Positions 1 to 9,764 of a stretch of 59,785 nucleotides of DNA are shown piece after piece. Each line of letters begins with the position of its first letter. Position 1 is the first letter of the stretch. A model generated the notes under the pieces. The model was not told where the DNA came from. It did no database searches and saw only the letters and a program-made list of their open reading frames with translations. A program made the position numbers and the translations under genes. Origin of the DNA: Candidatus Bathyarchaeota archaeon (GTDB lineage: Archaea > Thermoproteota > Bathyarchaeia > Bathyarchaeales > Bathycorpusculaceae); assembly GCA_963827165.1 (NCBI GenBank), contig CAWGZR010000002.1, positions 1 to 59,785 on the forward strand, read 5' to 3'.

Positions 1-267
1 CTGCTCGTAGAATCATCCCCTTATACCGGGTCAACCACGGCCCAGCCTACTGCTGAAGCTACAGCGTCTCCAACGCCGGCGTCTTCGTCTTCAGCAGGGA
101 CACAAACAACTGCAACTCCCGCAAACTCTTTATTGACCTACGGAGCCGTCGCAGCCGTTGTAATTGTTGTAGCAGCGCTCATAGCTTTGACAATGATGAG
201 AAGCAGACGAAAAAGCAGCCCCTCAGCGCCTCTGCCACCACCGCCTCCTCCACCGCCACCACCATAA
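1..267 (+). CDS. 3' end of a membrane-anchored surface protein (S/T/P/A linker, TM helix, basic stop-transfer, poly-Pro tail); partial
   Basis: Frame 1 is open to TAA at 265-267: ...TATPANSLLTYGAVAAVVIVVAALIALTMMRSRRKSSPSAPLPPPPPPPPPP*; followed by a T-run. Confidence 0.8.
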   Translation: MLVESSPYTGSTTAQPTAEATASPTPASSSSAGTQTTATPANSLLTYGAVAAVVIVVAALIALTMMRSRRKSSPSAPLPPPPPPPPPP

Positions 268-328
268 ACCATTTTTTTTCAAAAAGTACTTCTTTAAGTC
301 TTTTGCAGCCAAGTGGGTTGCGAATTAT

Positions 329-1514
329 CTAAATTTTTGCATGAATCTCCACTATGTCGCCGTCTTCTAAGATGAAGCCTAATCCGACCTTTTTGGGGCT
401 GAACGGTAAACGCTTCGCCCAAACCATCGCAAACATGAAGTTCTGCACAAATTCCTTATGAATGTTCTTAGCTAAATCGTTGATTGTTGCGCCATGCTTG
501 AGGACGAAGGGGTGAACCGTATCCTCTCTTGAGCCTGGCTCCTTGGTGTAAACGCGAATAACTTTCAAACTTTGTAAAGAGTGCCCGCCCCAACTCGTCA
601 ACTCCTGTTTTTTGCTCGCATGACATTGCAACGATTGGCAATTTTCCATTCACGTACTGTTTTAGAATTCGAAGATTTGCTGGTGCGCCTTTTAGATCAA
701 GTTTGTTGGCTACAATCACGGCGGGTTTATACGTTGTTGTCTCAAAAATGGCGTCTTCCACGTCGTCGAGCCGCACGTCCCCGCTGATTCTAACTATCGC
801 ATCGTTCATTTTGTAGCTGCGAAGCAAATCTTCTACATCTTGCATACTGCAATCTAGGAGTTTGCCGATAAGAATAACCCTTAAAGCTGCACCAGCGTGG
901 CGGCGGTCAATATCCACTTTTCCACTGGGCTTACTTACCAGGACGCGACTTTTTTCCAATTCAGCCAAAACCAAATCCAACTGCTCAATTGGATCACGTG
1001 ACAAATCAACCATCAAAATCACGCCGTCAGCATTGCGCGCTAAACCAAGCGTGACATGACCTGCTGCACGCCCCCCTGAACTGCCTTCCATCACGGCGGG
1101 TGCTTCGACAATTTGAAACTGCACATCGGCGTAACTCATTATGCCTGGCACTGGTTCATGAGTGCTGTAGGGTGTAGGTGTAACAACCACTTTTGAATTT
1201 GTTGTGGCAGTCATTAAACAGCTTTTACCTACGTTAGTCATGCCGATCAAAGCTATCTGCGCTGAACCTTCTTTTTCAACAAAGAGTTTTGGTCCGCCGC
1301 TGCTTTTGCCTGTGCCCATGCGCTTCTTCTTGTCCAAGTCAGCGCGGATTAGCGAGATCTTCCTATTCATTTCGCCACGTAGTTTCATGGTTCCTTTGTG
1401 ATGAGGAACGTACTTTAGGAACTCAATCATGGCATCCATTTTTTCTCTAGGCGTATGAGCAGCTTCAACTAACTCCCATTTATCCATCGCTTCAGGCGGC
1501 AAATTAGTCGGCAT
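329..1514 (-). CDS. DRG/OBG-family GTPase with C-terminal TGS domain; one frameshift near 574
   Basis: MPTNLPPEA start, G1 GMTNVGKS, G4 NKLD; TGS domain (IRVYTK...LEDGDIVEIH) lies in the 329..649 frame. Confidence 0.9.
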
Positions 1515-1717
1515 ACAAACTTCGGAGATACAATCAGCAAGACGACTTTAAGACTATTTCTAATCTAACCCTTCAAAATGCGCCTGAAAAAACTTTAGGG
1601 ACTCCAACTTAGGCCATAGTTCTGGTGTCTCTAAACATTTAGTTTTAAATATGCTTGCTTGATTAACTTTCTATTGAAGCATTCAGCCTTTTCATCAATT
1701 AGGTTTAGGAAGATTTT

Positions 1718-2989
1718 ATGGTGAAGATACGAGTTAGCCCCAATGTTCTAACTGTGCTAGGAAGTATTGCGGTGCAGGTGCCATTAGCTATTTTTCTGGG
1801 GCACGCCTACGATGAAACCTCATTCATGGATGCAGGGTACCTGGTAAGCGCAGGGTTGAACCCTTACCAAACTCATTTAATAACAATTTTTGCCCCTCAC
1901 ATGATAGGATTTAACCCTATTATTGGGGATCCGCCCCTGTGGCCTTTGCTCTTAGGTGCAATATACAAATTGTCCTACAACATCATCCCGAACATTTTTC
2001 TGTACAATTTTGCAATAAAGCTACCAGTTATAGCCGCCAATGTAGGCTTGGCATTCCTCGTCAGAAAAATGCTGCGGCAGCAAGGTGCATCTGAACAAAA
2101 AATCCAGTTTGCATGGCTTTTTTTGCTGTTCAACCCCTTCGTGCTTCTAACAACCGCTGCCTGGGGGCAATTTGACACTCTTATAGCCTTACTATGTGTC
2201 GCTTCACTTTATCTTTTAAGCAAAGGTATGATAAAAGGAAGCGCACTGCTGCTTTCTTTAAGCGTTGTCTTAAAACCCGTTGCTTTTCCGCTTCTTGGGC
2301 TGCCTCTGCTTTTTACCCCGAAGGAACACTGGTCCAAAATGATGCAGTATATTCTGATTTCGGCTGCGGTAATAGTGATTTTATGGATTTTGCCGTTCTT
2401 TCCTCTCGGTTGGTCAATGCCTTCTTCGAGCGGCCAATTAGCATCATATTTCACGAGGGCCGGTGGCATGACACCTTTTAACATTGTTGAAATCTTAAAG
2501 GACACCGTTACGATTCCATCTGGACTAGAACTTTTGGGCTACATTTGGATACCTGCCCTATTATTGGGTTATTACTTGGTTTACCGCGACCCCCCAAAAA
2601 CATTCAACGAATTAACCCAGAAGGCAATCGGATTAATGCTTATCTTTTTCCTAACTTACTCATGGCTCTCTGAACCATACGTCAACGTCGTAATCGCGTT
2701 GGCTCTTTTGGCTTTGCCCTTAACCCAGATTAATTTCCGCAACTTCCACTTTCTATGGGTAATCACACTGGTCTTCATGATTCTCACGACTAATTTTGTT
2801 CAACTCTTCTACCTTGTCTCCCCACAATCTCTTATTTCAACAGCAATTCAAATTGAACACAACGTCAGAGATTGGAGGCTCATCGCGCGATTTGTGACCG
2901 TTATTGTTTGGCAGGTTTTTGCTTGGATGTTAGCCATCAAAATCCTTTTAGTTAAGAAGTTTAAGACGCAAATTAGCACAGTGGGTTGA
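1718..2989 (+). CDS. Polytopic GT-C fold glycosyltransferase (GT87/PIG-M-like)
   Basis: Many TM helices; GHAYD loop, NPY, PPLW, KLPVI and FNPFVLLTTAAWGQFD motifs. Confidence 0.7.
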   Translation: MVKIRVSPNVLTVLGSIAVQVPLAIFLGHAYDETSFMDAGYLVSAGLNPYQTHLITIFAPHMIGFNPIIGDPPLWPLLLGAIYKLSYNIIPNIFLYNFAIKLPVIAANVGLAFLVRKMLRQQGASEQKIQFAWLFLLFNPFVLLTTAAWGQFDTLIALLCVASLYLLSKGMIKGSALLLSLSVVLKPVAFPLLGLPLLFTPKEHWSKMMQYILISAAVIVILWILPFFPLGWSMPSSSGQLASYFTRAGGMTPFNIVEILKDTVTIPSGLELLGYIWIPALLLGYYLVYRDPPKTFNELTQKAIGLMLIFFLTYSWLSEPYVNVVIALALLALPLTQINFRNFHFLWVITLVFMILTTNFVQLFYLVSPQSLISTAIQIEHNVRDWRLIARFVTVIVWQVFAWMLAIKILLVKKFKTQISTVG

Positions 2990-4159
2990 TTATTTTTTTA
3001 TTACTTCAAATGTTTTGGGTTTTTTCAGGATGGCAATTATCGGTGTGAGACACTCAATTATGCCAATAACTACCGAAGATATTAGGGTCAAGAAGTGGAA
3101 GCTTATTCTTCTTTTCAACGGGAGATATTTCCCATTCAGGTACGCTCCGACTTGATAGCTTAACAGCCACATCAGACTGGTTGCTGTGAAGAAAACTCTC
3201 AAGAACCATGGGATGTTTTGGAATATGAAAAATGTAAAGATTGATGCAATCCCCGAAAACAGCCCAGATGTCCAGATCAAAGCTCTAAAGCATTGCCTGA
3301 TTTTCTCGCCTCTTTCAAAAAATTTCAGATTCATGATTAAACCGTAGAACCATCTTCGGCGTTGCTTGACTAAATCTTTGAGGTTCAGTGGGCTCTTTTC
3401 TTCGACTACTCCACCGTGCCAACCAAAAACGTCCGGTCCAAACTTGGAGCGCGCGTTGATAGCGAATAAAGTGTCTTCAGCCAGGGTTTTTCCGTTTGTC
3501 CACCCGACTTGGTCTTCTATGTCGCTTCTTACTAAAAGGTTTGAACCGTGGATGTATGCTGGCTTTCCGCCGCTCATCATCGATAGGCATTCAAAGCAGC
3601 AGAAGGGTCTAAGTGTGTCCATCAGGTTTGAAACCTTGATTTCTTCTTTTGCCTGTACTGGATAAATAATTAAGCCTTCGCTTATCGGCTTAGGGGTTCC
3701 CTCCAAGTAGCAGAGTATGCTGCACAAGGTCTGTTTTGTGATTAAGCTTTCATCGTCTAGATGGTAAACGTAGATGTCTTTGTCACTTTTGTTTTCTGCT
3801 CTTCGAACTTCCACCGCGTATTGAAGTGCTCTGCCTTTATGGATTGCGTTGCAGCTGTAGCTCGGCGGAACAACGATTGTTCTGCATCCCTCAAACTTTT
3901 CCTGCATATCCGTAACTGCCCACAACTCATACTTCTTGTACTCAATTTCAGCACAAACCTCATTTACACGATTAATCGTTTCTTGGACTATTCCCATATT
4001 CCCTTTGGTAGTTACTTGAAAAATGATTCTGGGAGTTCCGAATCTTTCTTTTGCCGGTTTCGCCATCAGTTTGGAGTGTTGGGATATTAGGTAAAAGTAG
4101 AATCTGATGAAAAGGATTGATGAAAGAACCCAAATCAGCCAGAAGTAATTCCAAAGCAA
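2990..4159 (-). CDS. GT2 membrane glycosyltransferase, egghead/Bre-3-like
   Basis: KGRALQY, HLDDES, LAED, EEKSP and QRRRW motifs; N- and C-terminal TM helices. Confidence 0.8.
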   Translation of the reverse strand: MLWNYFWLIWVLSSILFIRFYFYLISQHSKLMAKPAKERFGTPRIIFQVTTKGNMGIVQETINRVNEVCAEIEYKKYELWAVTDMQEKFEGCRTIVVPPSYSCNAIHKGRALQYAVEVRRAENKSDKDIYVYHLDDESLITKQTLCSILCYLEGTPKPISEGLIIYPVQAKEEIKVSNLMDTLRPFCCFECLSMMSGGKPAYIHGSNLLVRSDIEDQVGWTNGKTLAEDTLFAINARSKFGPDVFGWHGGVVEEKSPLNLKDLVKQRRRWFYGLIMNLKFFERGEKIRQCFRALIWTSGLFSGIASIFTFFIFQNIPWFLRVFFTATSLMWLLSYQVGAYLNGKYLPLKRRISFHFLTLISSVVIGIIECLTPIIAILKKPKTFEVIKK

Positions 4160-4344
4160 AATCTTTAACTCCGCCAGTTGCTAATCTTTAAAATAGGTTA
4201 GCGACCGTTGATTATAACAAAGCAGTTAACATTCAATGTTAGCGTGACTATGTTATTAAATATTAAGGTCGAGCAAAGGCTTGGAAGCTCTTTGTGCAGG
4301 CAAGCAATTTCTGCTTCTTGGTAAATAGCTTAAGAGGTGTTGAT

Positions 4345-5211
4345 TTGAGTTTTTCCGCCAGCGATCAGAACTTGGCTTTAGTCAAAGAGAGAGCAGTGAT
4401 TACTGTCCAGGTTACTGACCGACTGTCCGCGAGGCTGTATGAAGACAGCTATCCCCACGTTATGGAAACCGCGGCTCTTCAGAAGGGACTTGTATTGGTG
4501 CTTGACGGCGAAGAATTAATCGAGGAAGGGCTCGGTTTTGGGGCTCCTGTCGTTAAATACCTTGACAAAACCTATTTTTCCAGTTTAGCAGAAATTTCAC
4601 TGAAGAAAAACCCTTCTAGCACCACTTTAAGCAAGAGATACATTATGGACACCGTTTCCAAAAAGAAATTTTGGCGAGCAACCTACATCAATGATAGTGT
4701 TTACTCTTCCGTAAGAAAGACCTTCGAAAAAGCATACGTATCCAAAAAGGAGCTGTCGCCTTTCTTCAACGCAGTCATGGAGCTTCGACAAATAGCTAAA
4801 ATAAAAACAGAATTCATAAGATTGAAACCCAGAGGCGCCATAACCGTGACCTATGATGTCAACCCACAACTTATCAACGTCAGCGTTGATTTATCAAATT
4901 TATCCCTGTCGGCTTGTGAAGAAATCTTGGTTCTTAATGAGCAAGGCGCAACAACTTTTGAGAGATATAGTGACAGCGGCGGACTGAAGTTGTTCAGAAG
5001 AGGAATCGGCGCATGGGATTCAGTGACAGCTGACTGGGCTTCACTGGGTAACATCATGGGGGGTTATTCTTTTAGCCTGCAACGAATTCAGGGGGCGGCG
5101 TTGTTTAGAGGTTGGGAGAGGACGAGAAACCGTTTTTCATGGGCGGGATTAAGTTACTCGATGGCGCCCGGCAAGGAGCGTTTGAATTACTCGATTAGAT
5201 TTAATGTTTAG
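4345..5211 (+). CDS. Hypothetical protein (soluble, beta-rich)
   Basis: Long ORF 4294..5211; TTG at 4345 follows a GAGGTG RBS. Confidence 0.7.
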   Translation: MSFSASDQNLALVKERAVITVQVTDRLSARLYEDSYPHVMETAALQKGLVLVLDGEELIEEGLGFGAPVVKYLDKTYFSSLAEISLKKNPSSTTLSKRYIMDTVSKKKFWRATYINDSVYSSVRKTFEKAYVSKKELSPFFNAVMELRQIAKIKTEFIRLKPRGAITVTYDVNPQLINVSVDLSNLSLSACEEILVLNEQGATTFERYSDSGGLKLFRRGIGAWDSVTADWASLGNIMGGYSFSLQRIQGAALFRGWERTRNRFSWAGLSYSMAPGKERLNYSIRFNV

Positions 5212-5218
5212 TGCGCGG

Positions 5219-5515
5219 TTAGGGTTCAACCATTTCTTTTTCGGGTTCGGTTCCTTCTAATCGTTGCCGCAGAGTGTAGACGAAGGCGATGAACCAGAAG
5301 GCAACGCTTACCCAGCCTAGTATGAACCCGACGGTGTTGTCCAGCAAGTAGTACGCGATTTGAAAGCCGACCAAGGAAACGAAGGTGAGGAACGAACCTG
5401 TGATACTGTATCCTCTCAGCGCGTTGCGGTTTTTGATGACGGCTCGCAACATGAGCAGCAGGGCCGTGAAGTTGATGATGCTAGCGATGCTAAGAGCCAA
5501 GTTTGCAATGTTCAT
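5219..5515 (-). CDS. Small three-TM membrane protein
   Basis: ATG at 5515 after GAGGGG; three hydrophobic segments. Confidence 0.7.
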   Translation of the reverse strand: MNIANLALSIASIINFTALLLMLRAVIKNRNALRGYSITGSFLTFVSLVGFQIAYYLLDNTVGFILGWVSVAFWFIAFVYTLRQRLEGTEPEKEMVEP

Positions 5516-5643
5516 TGATCTCGTTTTTCCCCTCTGCACACTGGCTTTGCTTAACTTAAGACTTGCGCCGTATAAGCAAGCCCTGACGTGCAAAACTCCT
5601 TAAATGCAATCGTGCCAATATGCTATTAGGAAGAGGGGATAGG

Positions 5644-5793
5644 ATGAATCAGAAAAAAATGATTTCGCATGAATGTGACGGGTGTGGACGGCAAGAGCCA
5701 TGCATAAGAAGTTACCGCAGGGTTTCGTTTGGAGAACAAGTTTTCTGCCCGGACGGAACTGTTCACTTGGTCGATGAATCAAGCCTCGCATAA
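5644..5793 (+). CDS. 49-aa Cys/His metal-binding micro-protein (not in ORF track)
   Basis: MNQKKMISHECDGCGRQEPCIRSYRRVSFGEQVFCPDGTVHLVDESSLA*; GAGGGG RBS, TTAAAT upstream. Confidence 0.7.
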   Translation: MNQKKMISHECDGCGRQEPCIRSYRRVSFGEQVFCPDGTVHLVDESSLA

Positions 5794-5893
5794 AAAACCG
5801 TAAAAACACGTTCGTTGTTACTTTTTTCGTTCTGGTTACCCATTTTTTTAGCTTGTCGCTAAATATCGCTGGGTTGTTTGTGGAGTAATGGAA

Positions 5894-6409
5894 TTATCTG
5901 GTAGAGGTCAGAAACCCCATGCCAAGAAGCCTGTTCCATTTGCCCGCAATCCAAAGCTTGTTCCTTAACGCCTCTGTCGCCACGAGTATTTCGCCCAACT
6001 GCTTTAATTGCTCCCCATCCGGAGAAAACTTTGATTCACAATCTTTGCTCAAAATAACAAACTTCGTACCGTGACCGCAGACCAATTTGACTTTTTCAAT
6101 TTCGTCATATGTGTAAAAACAGCTTTTTTTGCTAAGCTTTAAAATCTCGTCTAAAGACCAGCCTTTTATTTTTTCATCAATCGATTCGCTGCGTGTTTTT
6201 TCCGTGTACGGTGCCACGGGAGCTGGAACGCCAAATGCTGAAGGCATGTAGGAGAGCGGCTCTTCGGTTTCGGATTCAAAACGCTCTGCCTTACCCAGGC
6301 ATGCAATCGCAACACGCCTATCAGTAAAATAAATATCGTACCTCGTTCGAACATCAACCGGCAAAACTACGTCTTTAACGATTCCCAAAACCTTTTCAGA
6401 ACCTAACAT
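5894..6409 (-). CDS. Hypothetical protein, possibly PH-like fold
   Basis: 171-aa ORF with YDIYFTDRRV and YDEIEKVKL patterns. Confidence 0.65.
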   Translation of the reverse strand: MLGSEKVLGIVKDVVLPVDVRTRYDIYFTDRRVAIACLGKAERFESETEEPLSYMPSAFGVPAPVAPYTEKTRSESIDEKIKGWSLDEILKLSKKSCFYTYDEIEKVKLVCGHGTKFVILSKDCESKFSPDGEQLKQLGEILVATEALRNKLWIAGKWNRLLGMGFLTSTR

Positions 6410-6497
6410 ACATCGAGCCCTCGTTAGATGGTTCTTGTATTCGCTGATTCATAAGGTTTCTCATAGTTTATGCTTTTGCTTCAATTTGAAAATAAAC

Positions 6498-6575
6498 TGG
6501 TGGACGAGCCGGGATTTGAACCCGGGACCTCCACGATGCCAACGTGGCGATCATACCAGACTGATCTACTCGCCC
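6498..6575 (-). tRNA. tRNA-Ala(GGC), intronless, CCA encoded
   Basis: Cloverleaf GGGCGAG...CTCGTCC-A-CCA with G3:U70 identity pair; anticodon arm CCACG-TTGGCAT-CGTGG; T loop TTCAAAT. Confidence 0.97.
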
Positions 6576-6739
6576 GAACTATGTGGCGTCTAAACTTTAG
6601 ACGTGTCGTTTAATAAGCGTTTCTTATCCGCTTGCGAAAAAGAAGCCAAAGGATCGCATTGAGCGCTTGCTTGCATTGTGATGCGGCGTAACTTTTTATA
6701 ATGCAAACGCAAATAGAGAAGCCAGATCAGGTGCCACAT

Positions 6740-7792
6740 ATGCCCAAAGTCAAAGTTGCGTTAATCGGCGTTGGTAACTGCGCCTCAGCCTTCATCCAAG
6801 GCATCCAGTACTACCAGAAATTCAGCAAACCCGAAGAGTTCGTTGGGTTACGGAACCCAACTTTGGCAGGATTAAGCTCCAAAGACATCGAGGTTGTTGC
6901 TGCTTTTGATGTTGACGACCGCAAAGTTGGGAGGGATGTGTCTGAAGCCATTTTTGCAGTTCCAAATAATGCGCCAAAGGTTGCAGATGTGCCTTCATTG
7001 AGCGTTAAAGTTAGCAAAGGACCGTTGCTTGACGGTTTAGGGCAATCAAGTAAAGCCATCGTGCAGGTCAGCAATGCACCTGACGTTGATGCAGCAAAGG
7101 CTCTCAAGGCGGCGGGGACCGAAGTTATGGTTAATTTGCTTCCGAGCGGAGCCTCAAAAGCCACTCAGTGGTATGCGGAACAGGCTTTGGCGGCAGGATG
7201 CGCTTTTGTGAATGCGACGCCCAACTTCATCGCCAGTGACGCTGCCTGGGCAAAACGGTTCAGCGATGCAAAGCTCCCCCTAGTCGGCGACGACTTGGTG
7301 GATCAGGTCGGCTCAACAGCATTGCATAAGACGCTTCTCAAACTGCTTAGCGACAGCGGCGTAAAAATCGATGAGACTTACCAGCTTGATGTCGGAGGCG
7401 GAACAGAATCCGTTGATACCATGGATCGAAGCCGAGACGCAAAACGCCAAATAAAAACAGAATCGGTAGCTGCTTCAATACCATATAAAGCGGAAGTCGT
7501 GGCTGGTTCTACTGACTACGTTGATTTTCTACAAAACAAACGTGACAGCTACTTCTGGATAAGCGGCGTATACTTCTGCAATGCACCCATGAAAATCGAC
7601 CTCAAATTCCAAACCGTTGACGCGCCAAACGCTGGCAGCGTGCTCTTCGACGTAGTCCGCGCGATGAAACATGCATTGGACAAGAAACTTAAAGGAGCAA
7701 TTGAACCCGTCTGTGCTTACGCATTCAAACGTCCGCCGCAAATTGTTCCAATGGAAGTTGCGGAAAAGGAATTCGCGAAATTCATCGCCTAA
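6740..7792 (+). CDS. ino1: myo-inositol-1-phosphate synthase
   Basis: IGVGNCASA, AFDVDDRKVG, GDD, YQLDVGG and DAPNAG motifs; ATG at 6740 follows GGTG. Confidence 0.93.
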   Translation: MPKVKVALIGVGNCASAFIQGIQYYQKFSKPEEFVGLRNPTLAGLSSKDIEVVAAFDVDDRKVGRDVSEAIFAVPNNAPKVADVPSLSVKVSKGPLLDGLGQSSKAIVQVSNAPDVDAAKALKAAGTEVMVNLLPSGASKATQWYAEQALAAGCAFVNATPNFIASDAAWAKRFSDAKLPLVGDDLVDQVGSTALHKTLLKLLSDSGVKIDETYQLDVGGGTESVDTMDRSRDAKRQIKTESVAASIPYKAEVVAGSTDYVDFLQNKRDSYFWISGVYFCNAPMKIDLKFQTVDAPNAGSVLFDVVRAMKHALDKKLKGAIEPVCAYAFKRPPQIVPMEVAEKEFAKFIA

Positions 7793-7892
7793 AACTCATC
7801 ATTGGAACCAGACTTTTTCTTGTCGCTTCCGAAAATATTGTTTAACAAAAGTATTATATCTGAAAACCGCGAACTCATACTTGGTCTGTTTG

Positions 7893-8552
7893 ATGCGGAA
7901 AGTAGTTGCGGCAATGATGATTGTTGTTTTCATTTTTATTTCGATTACAGCTGTGAATGCTCAACCGGCAGTTGGTGTAAAGCCAGGTAACTGGGTTGAG
8001 TACTCCGTTAAAACCACAGGCGCTGTTCCCGCAGCTCAAGATTTGACATGGGCTAAAATTGAAATTACAGACATAGAAGGAGAAGCATTTCATGCTAATT
8101 TTACAGTGAAATACGTCAATGGGACAATAATGAGTGCTGATAGGTTCTTCAATTTTTCCGCTGGGAACGTTCAAGCTTGGATTATCATACCGGCAAACCT
8201 TAGTCAGGGCCAAACCTTCTATGATTCATCAATAAACACTAACGTGGCCATCCAAGGTCAAATCCAAAAAACCGTCGCGGGTGCAACCAGAACAGTCACA
8301 TTCACAAACAGTAGTTTGGGCGGTGTTCAAAGAAACAAGGAATGGGATAAAGCCACGGGTTTCTACATCCAAAGCGCTGACAATCTAGGAAATTACACCG
8401 TTAACGCGCAAGCGATTGCGACAAACATTTGGAGCCCACAAATACTGGGATTGAACCAAAACACGTTCTACACGATTGTCGCAACCATCATCGTGATAAT
8501 TGTCGTTATTGCTATGATAGCTGTAATTGTTCATAGAAAGAAAAGGAAATAG
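7893..8552 (+). CDS. Secreted, C-terminally anchored protein
   Basis: Signal peptide, VGVKPGNWVEY and WDKATG motifs, C-terminal TM plus RKKRK. Confidence 0.8.
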   Translation: MRKVVAAMMIVVFIFISITAVNAQPAVGVKPGNWVEYSVKTTGAVPAAQDLTWAKIEITDIEGEAFHANFTVKYVNGTIMSADRFFNFSAGNVQAWIIIPANLSQGQTFYDSSINTNVAIQGQIQKTVAGATRTVTFTNSSLGGVQRNKEWDKATGFYIQSADNLGNYTVNAQAIATNIWSPQILGLNQNTFYTIVATIIVIIVVIAMIAVIVHRKKRK

Positions 8553-8582
8553 TCCATTAAGAGCGGTGTTCAGACTTGGCAG

Positions 8583-9683
8583 TTAAAGTTTCGCGAGTTC
8601 CCCTATTACTTTCTCTCTGAACCCGTTTTGTTTTAGCGTGTCTTTGAGGTAGTTTACGGTTTTGACGGGAGTCGGGTCCACTCCTCGCAGAACCGCAAGG
8701 TAAACGCTTGAGAAGTCACCTATCAGAATTGTTGACAGCATCCGCTCCAACCGGCTTTTGCCTTGAGCCTGAACTTCAAGGATATCAACGTCCTCCTGCT
8801 CCATGACTTCCTTTGTAATTTCAATTCTGCTTTGAATCGCAGTTGGCTCTTCAGGGTCTCTTAGGAAAATCGCTGAAAAGGCTTTGGCGAGTTCGCCGGC
8901 CCGTTCCCAGCCTACAATCTCGTTATGGTTGAGCTCGCTGAAAACATCCCATTTCGCTGGAACCTTGCTGTTTTCGTTGAATTGCTGCTTAAAGCGCAAG
9001 GCTACACAGCGAAGTATGCCGGACCCGTAAATGATAGGCGAAGTTGCTCCTATGTTTAAGGCTAAGGCTTTGGCGTAGTTTTCAATTGTGGGCTTTTCAG
9101 GTGCGTTTGATTGGCTTATTTTCTCAAGAAGGATTATTGCTTCGGAAAGCTCTTTTGAGGCGCCTTCAACTAAACCTGATTTCTCCATGTAAACTAGAAG
9201 GGGAACGAACATGTAGGGAAGCGCCGCGCGAGGAGGCATTCCACCTGGAACCCGAAGGTAACGCACACCCAATCGTTCTGCGTTTTCGAGCAAGGCGCCG
9301 CCGCTGCTTACGCAGAAAATCATGCATTTCCGTTTCAGAGCGTCAAGATAGGCGCTGAGAGTTTCCTCTGTGTCGCCTGAGTAGCTGGTTATGAAAACGA
9401 GGGTTTTTTTGCCCGCGTACTCTGGCAGCTCATATTCCCTGTTGACTTCAATTGGCACGGCAGTCTGGTTTTTTGCCCAGTCCTTGAGCAAATCGCCTCC
9501 GATTCCCGAACCACCCATACCCGCGACGACAACGTTTTCGGGTTTGGGATAACTTACTTTAATTTTGTCAGCTAACGCTGCAGCCTCGCGGTAAAGCTTC
9601 GCAGAGTTAACACAGAAATTTATCATGCCGCTTCCATCAACGGACTTGATGTTTTTCAAATCATCTAAAAGGGAACTTGCCAT
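8583..9683 (-). CDS. Bifunctional phosphoglucose/phosphomannose isomerase
   Basis: GMGGSGIGG, SYSGDTEET, PRAA, NENSK and ELNHNEI motifs. Confidence 0.93.
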   Translation of the reverse strand: MASSLLDDLKNIKSVDGSGMINFCVNSAKLYREAAALADKIKVSYPKPENVVVAGMGGSGIGGDLLKDWAKNQTAVPIEVNREYELPEYAGKKTLVFITSYSGDTEETLSAYLDALKRKCMIFCVSSGGALLENAERLGVRYLRVPGGMPPRAALPYMFVPLLVYMEKSGLVEGASKELSEAIILLEKISQSNAPEKPTIENYAKALALNIGATSPIIYGSGILRCVALRFKQQFNENSKVPAKWDVFSELNHNEIVGWERAGELAKAFSAIFLRDPEEPTAIQSRIEITKEVMEQEDVDILEVQAQGKSRLERMLSTILIGDFSSVYLAVLRGVDPTPVKTVNYLKDTLKQNGFREKVIGELAKL

Positions 9684-9764
9684 TTTCTTGCTCCTCCAGT
9701 AACCCGCAATTTTATATCCTAACCTGCCTTTTAAGCTCAACGCAAACGATTATCGACCAAGCGG

